Shown here: piece by piece, positions 23,788-24,000 of the stretch | Layout: every line of letters starts with the position of its first letter | How positions within the stretch are numbered: position 1 is the stretch's first letter | The notes under the pieces: model-generated | What the model was told of the DNA's origin: nothing | The model's input: only the letters and a program-made list of their open reading frames with translations | The model's database searches: none | Source of the DNA: Alphaproteobacteria bacterium | GTDB lineage: Bacteria; Pseudomonadota; Alphaproteobacteria; Rickettsiales; 21-14-0-20-44-7 | DNA length: 24,000 nt | Direction of reading: 5' to 3' | Assembly (NCBI GenBank): GCA_043757405.1 | Contig: JAYVPI010000005.1 | Location: 76,529 to 100,528 of the forward strand | Translations under genes and position numbers: made by a program

Positions 23788-24000
23788 ATGCCAACAATTT
23801 ACAAACTCATAGCTGGAAAAGAAAAATATATATATCAATGGATTGTCGGGAAAAAATTTCATTTTCATATTCGCAAATATAAAGTGGCGGCATGCTTAGC
23901 TATTTTAATTATTTTAAGCGGATGCGCGACTAAAGCGGAATTAGCGGATGAAGATGAATTTGAACAAAGGGATTTTTTAAAACCGGTGAACGAGCCGATA
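23788..24000 (+). CDS. lipoprotein, possibly MlaA/VacJ family (N-terminal fragment, runs off the right edge)
   Basis: The open frame reaches the window end. A lipobox, LAILIILSGC (Cys codon 23923-23925), is followed by RDFLKPVNEPI, which resembles the MlaA N-terminal DPLEGFNR block. The start is unresolved: ATG 23776 or 23788 give an unusually long pre-sequence, and GTG 23884 gives a short one. Confidence 0.4.
   Translation, partial: MPTIYKLIAGKEKYIYQWIVGKKFHFHIRKYKVAACLAILIILSGCATKAELADEDEFEQRDFLKPVNEPI

Overview
This is a 24-kb chromosomal segment from a Gram-negative bacterium. The S4, HflX, EttA, TadA and ArgD sequences look alphaproteobacterial, but that is an inference and was not checked. 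I support about 30 protein genes. Housekeeping genes: argD (partial), tadA, ettA, hflX, rpsD, a class-IV aminotransferase, a Na/Pi cotransporter, a PhnB/VOC-like protein and a YciI-like protein. Envelope and transport genes: an ABC-2 permease, a YejA-like family-5 solute-binding protein, an SPFH/stomatin protein, a small EamA protein and an MlaA-like lipoprotein fragment. There is also an OmpR/QseC-type two-component system. These are interleaved with visibly AT-richer orphan genes. I found no rRNA, tRNA, CRISPR array, integrase or transposase. Structure not explained by the gene list: (1) Palindromes built from tandem heptamers at 2927-2994, 7554-7638 and 15351-15407; two sit on gene starts. 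(2) A GTCATTGCGAGC...GCTCGCAATGAC palindromic element, once intergenic (8624-8696) and once read through in frame inside hflX (13671-13719). (3) An insertion-like block at 9.5-12.7 kb holding a small nuclease-like ORF, a promoter- and terminator-delimited structured RNA candidate, a stand-alone AAA_25/RepA-type ATPase with an unassignable 270-aa N-terminal domain, and a GYF-domain membrane protein coupled to hflX. (4) An AT-rich islet at 18.95-23.75 kb with an untracked 59-codon cysteine-rich ORF, an orphan 258-aa protein, CTTAAK operator-like hexamers, and a divergent EamA, response regulator, histidine kinase and four-repeat membrane protein unit. All functional readings of (1)-(4) are hypotheses; no database search or folding computation was possible.
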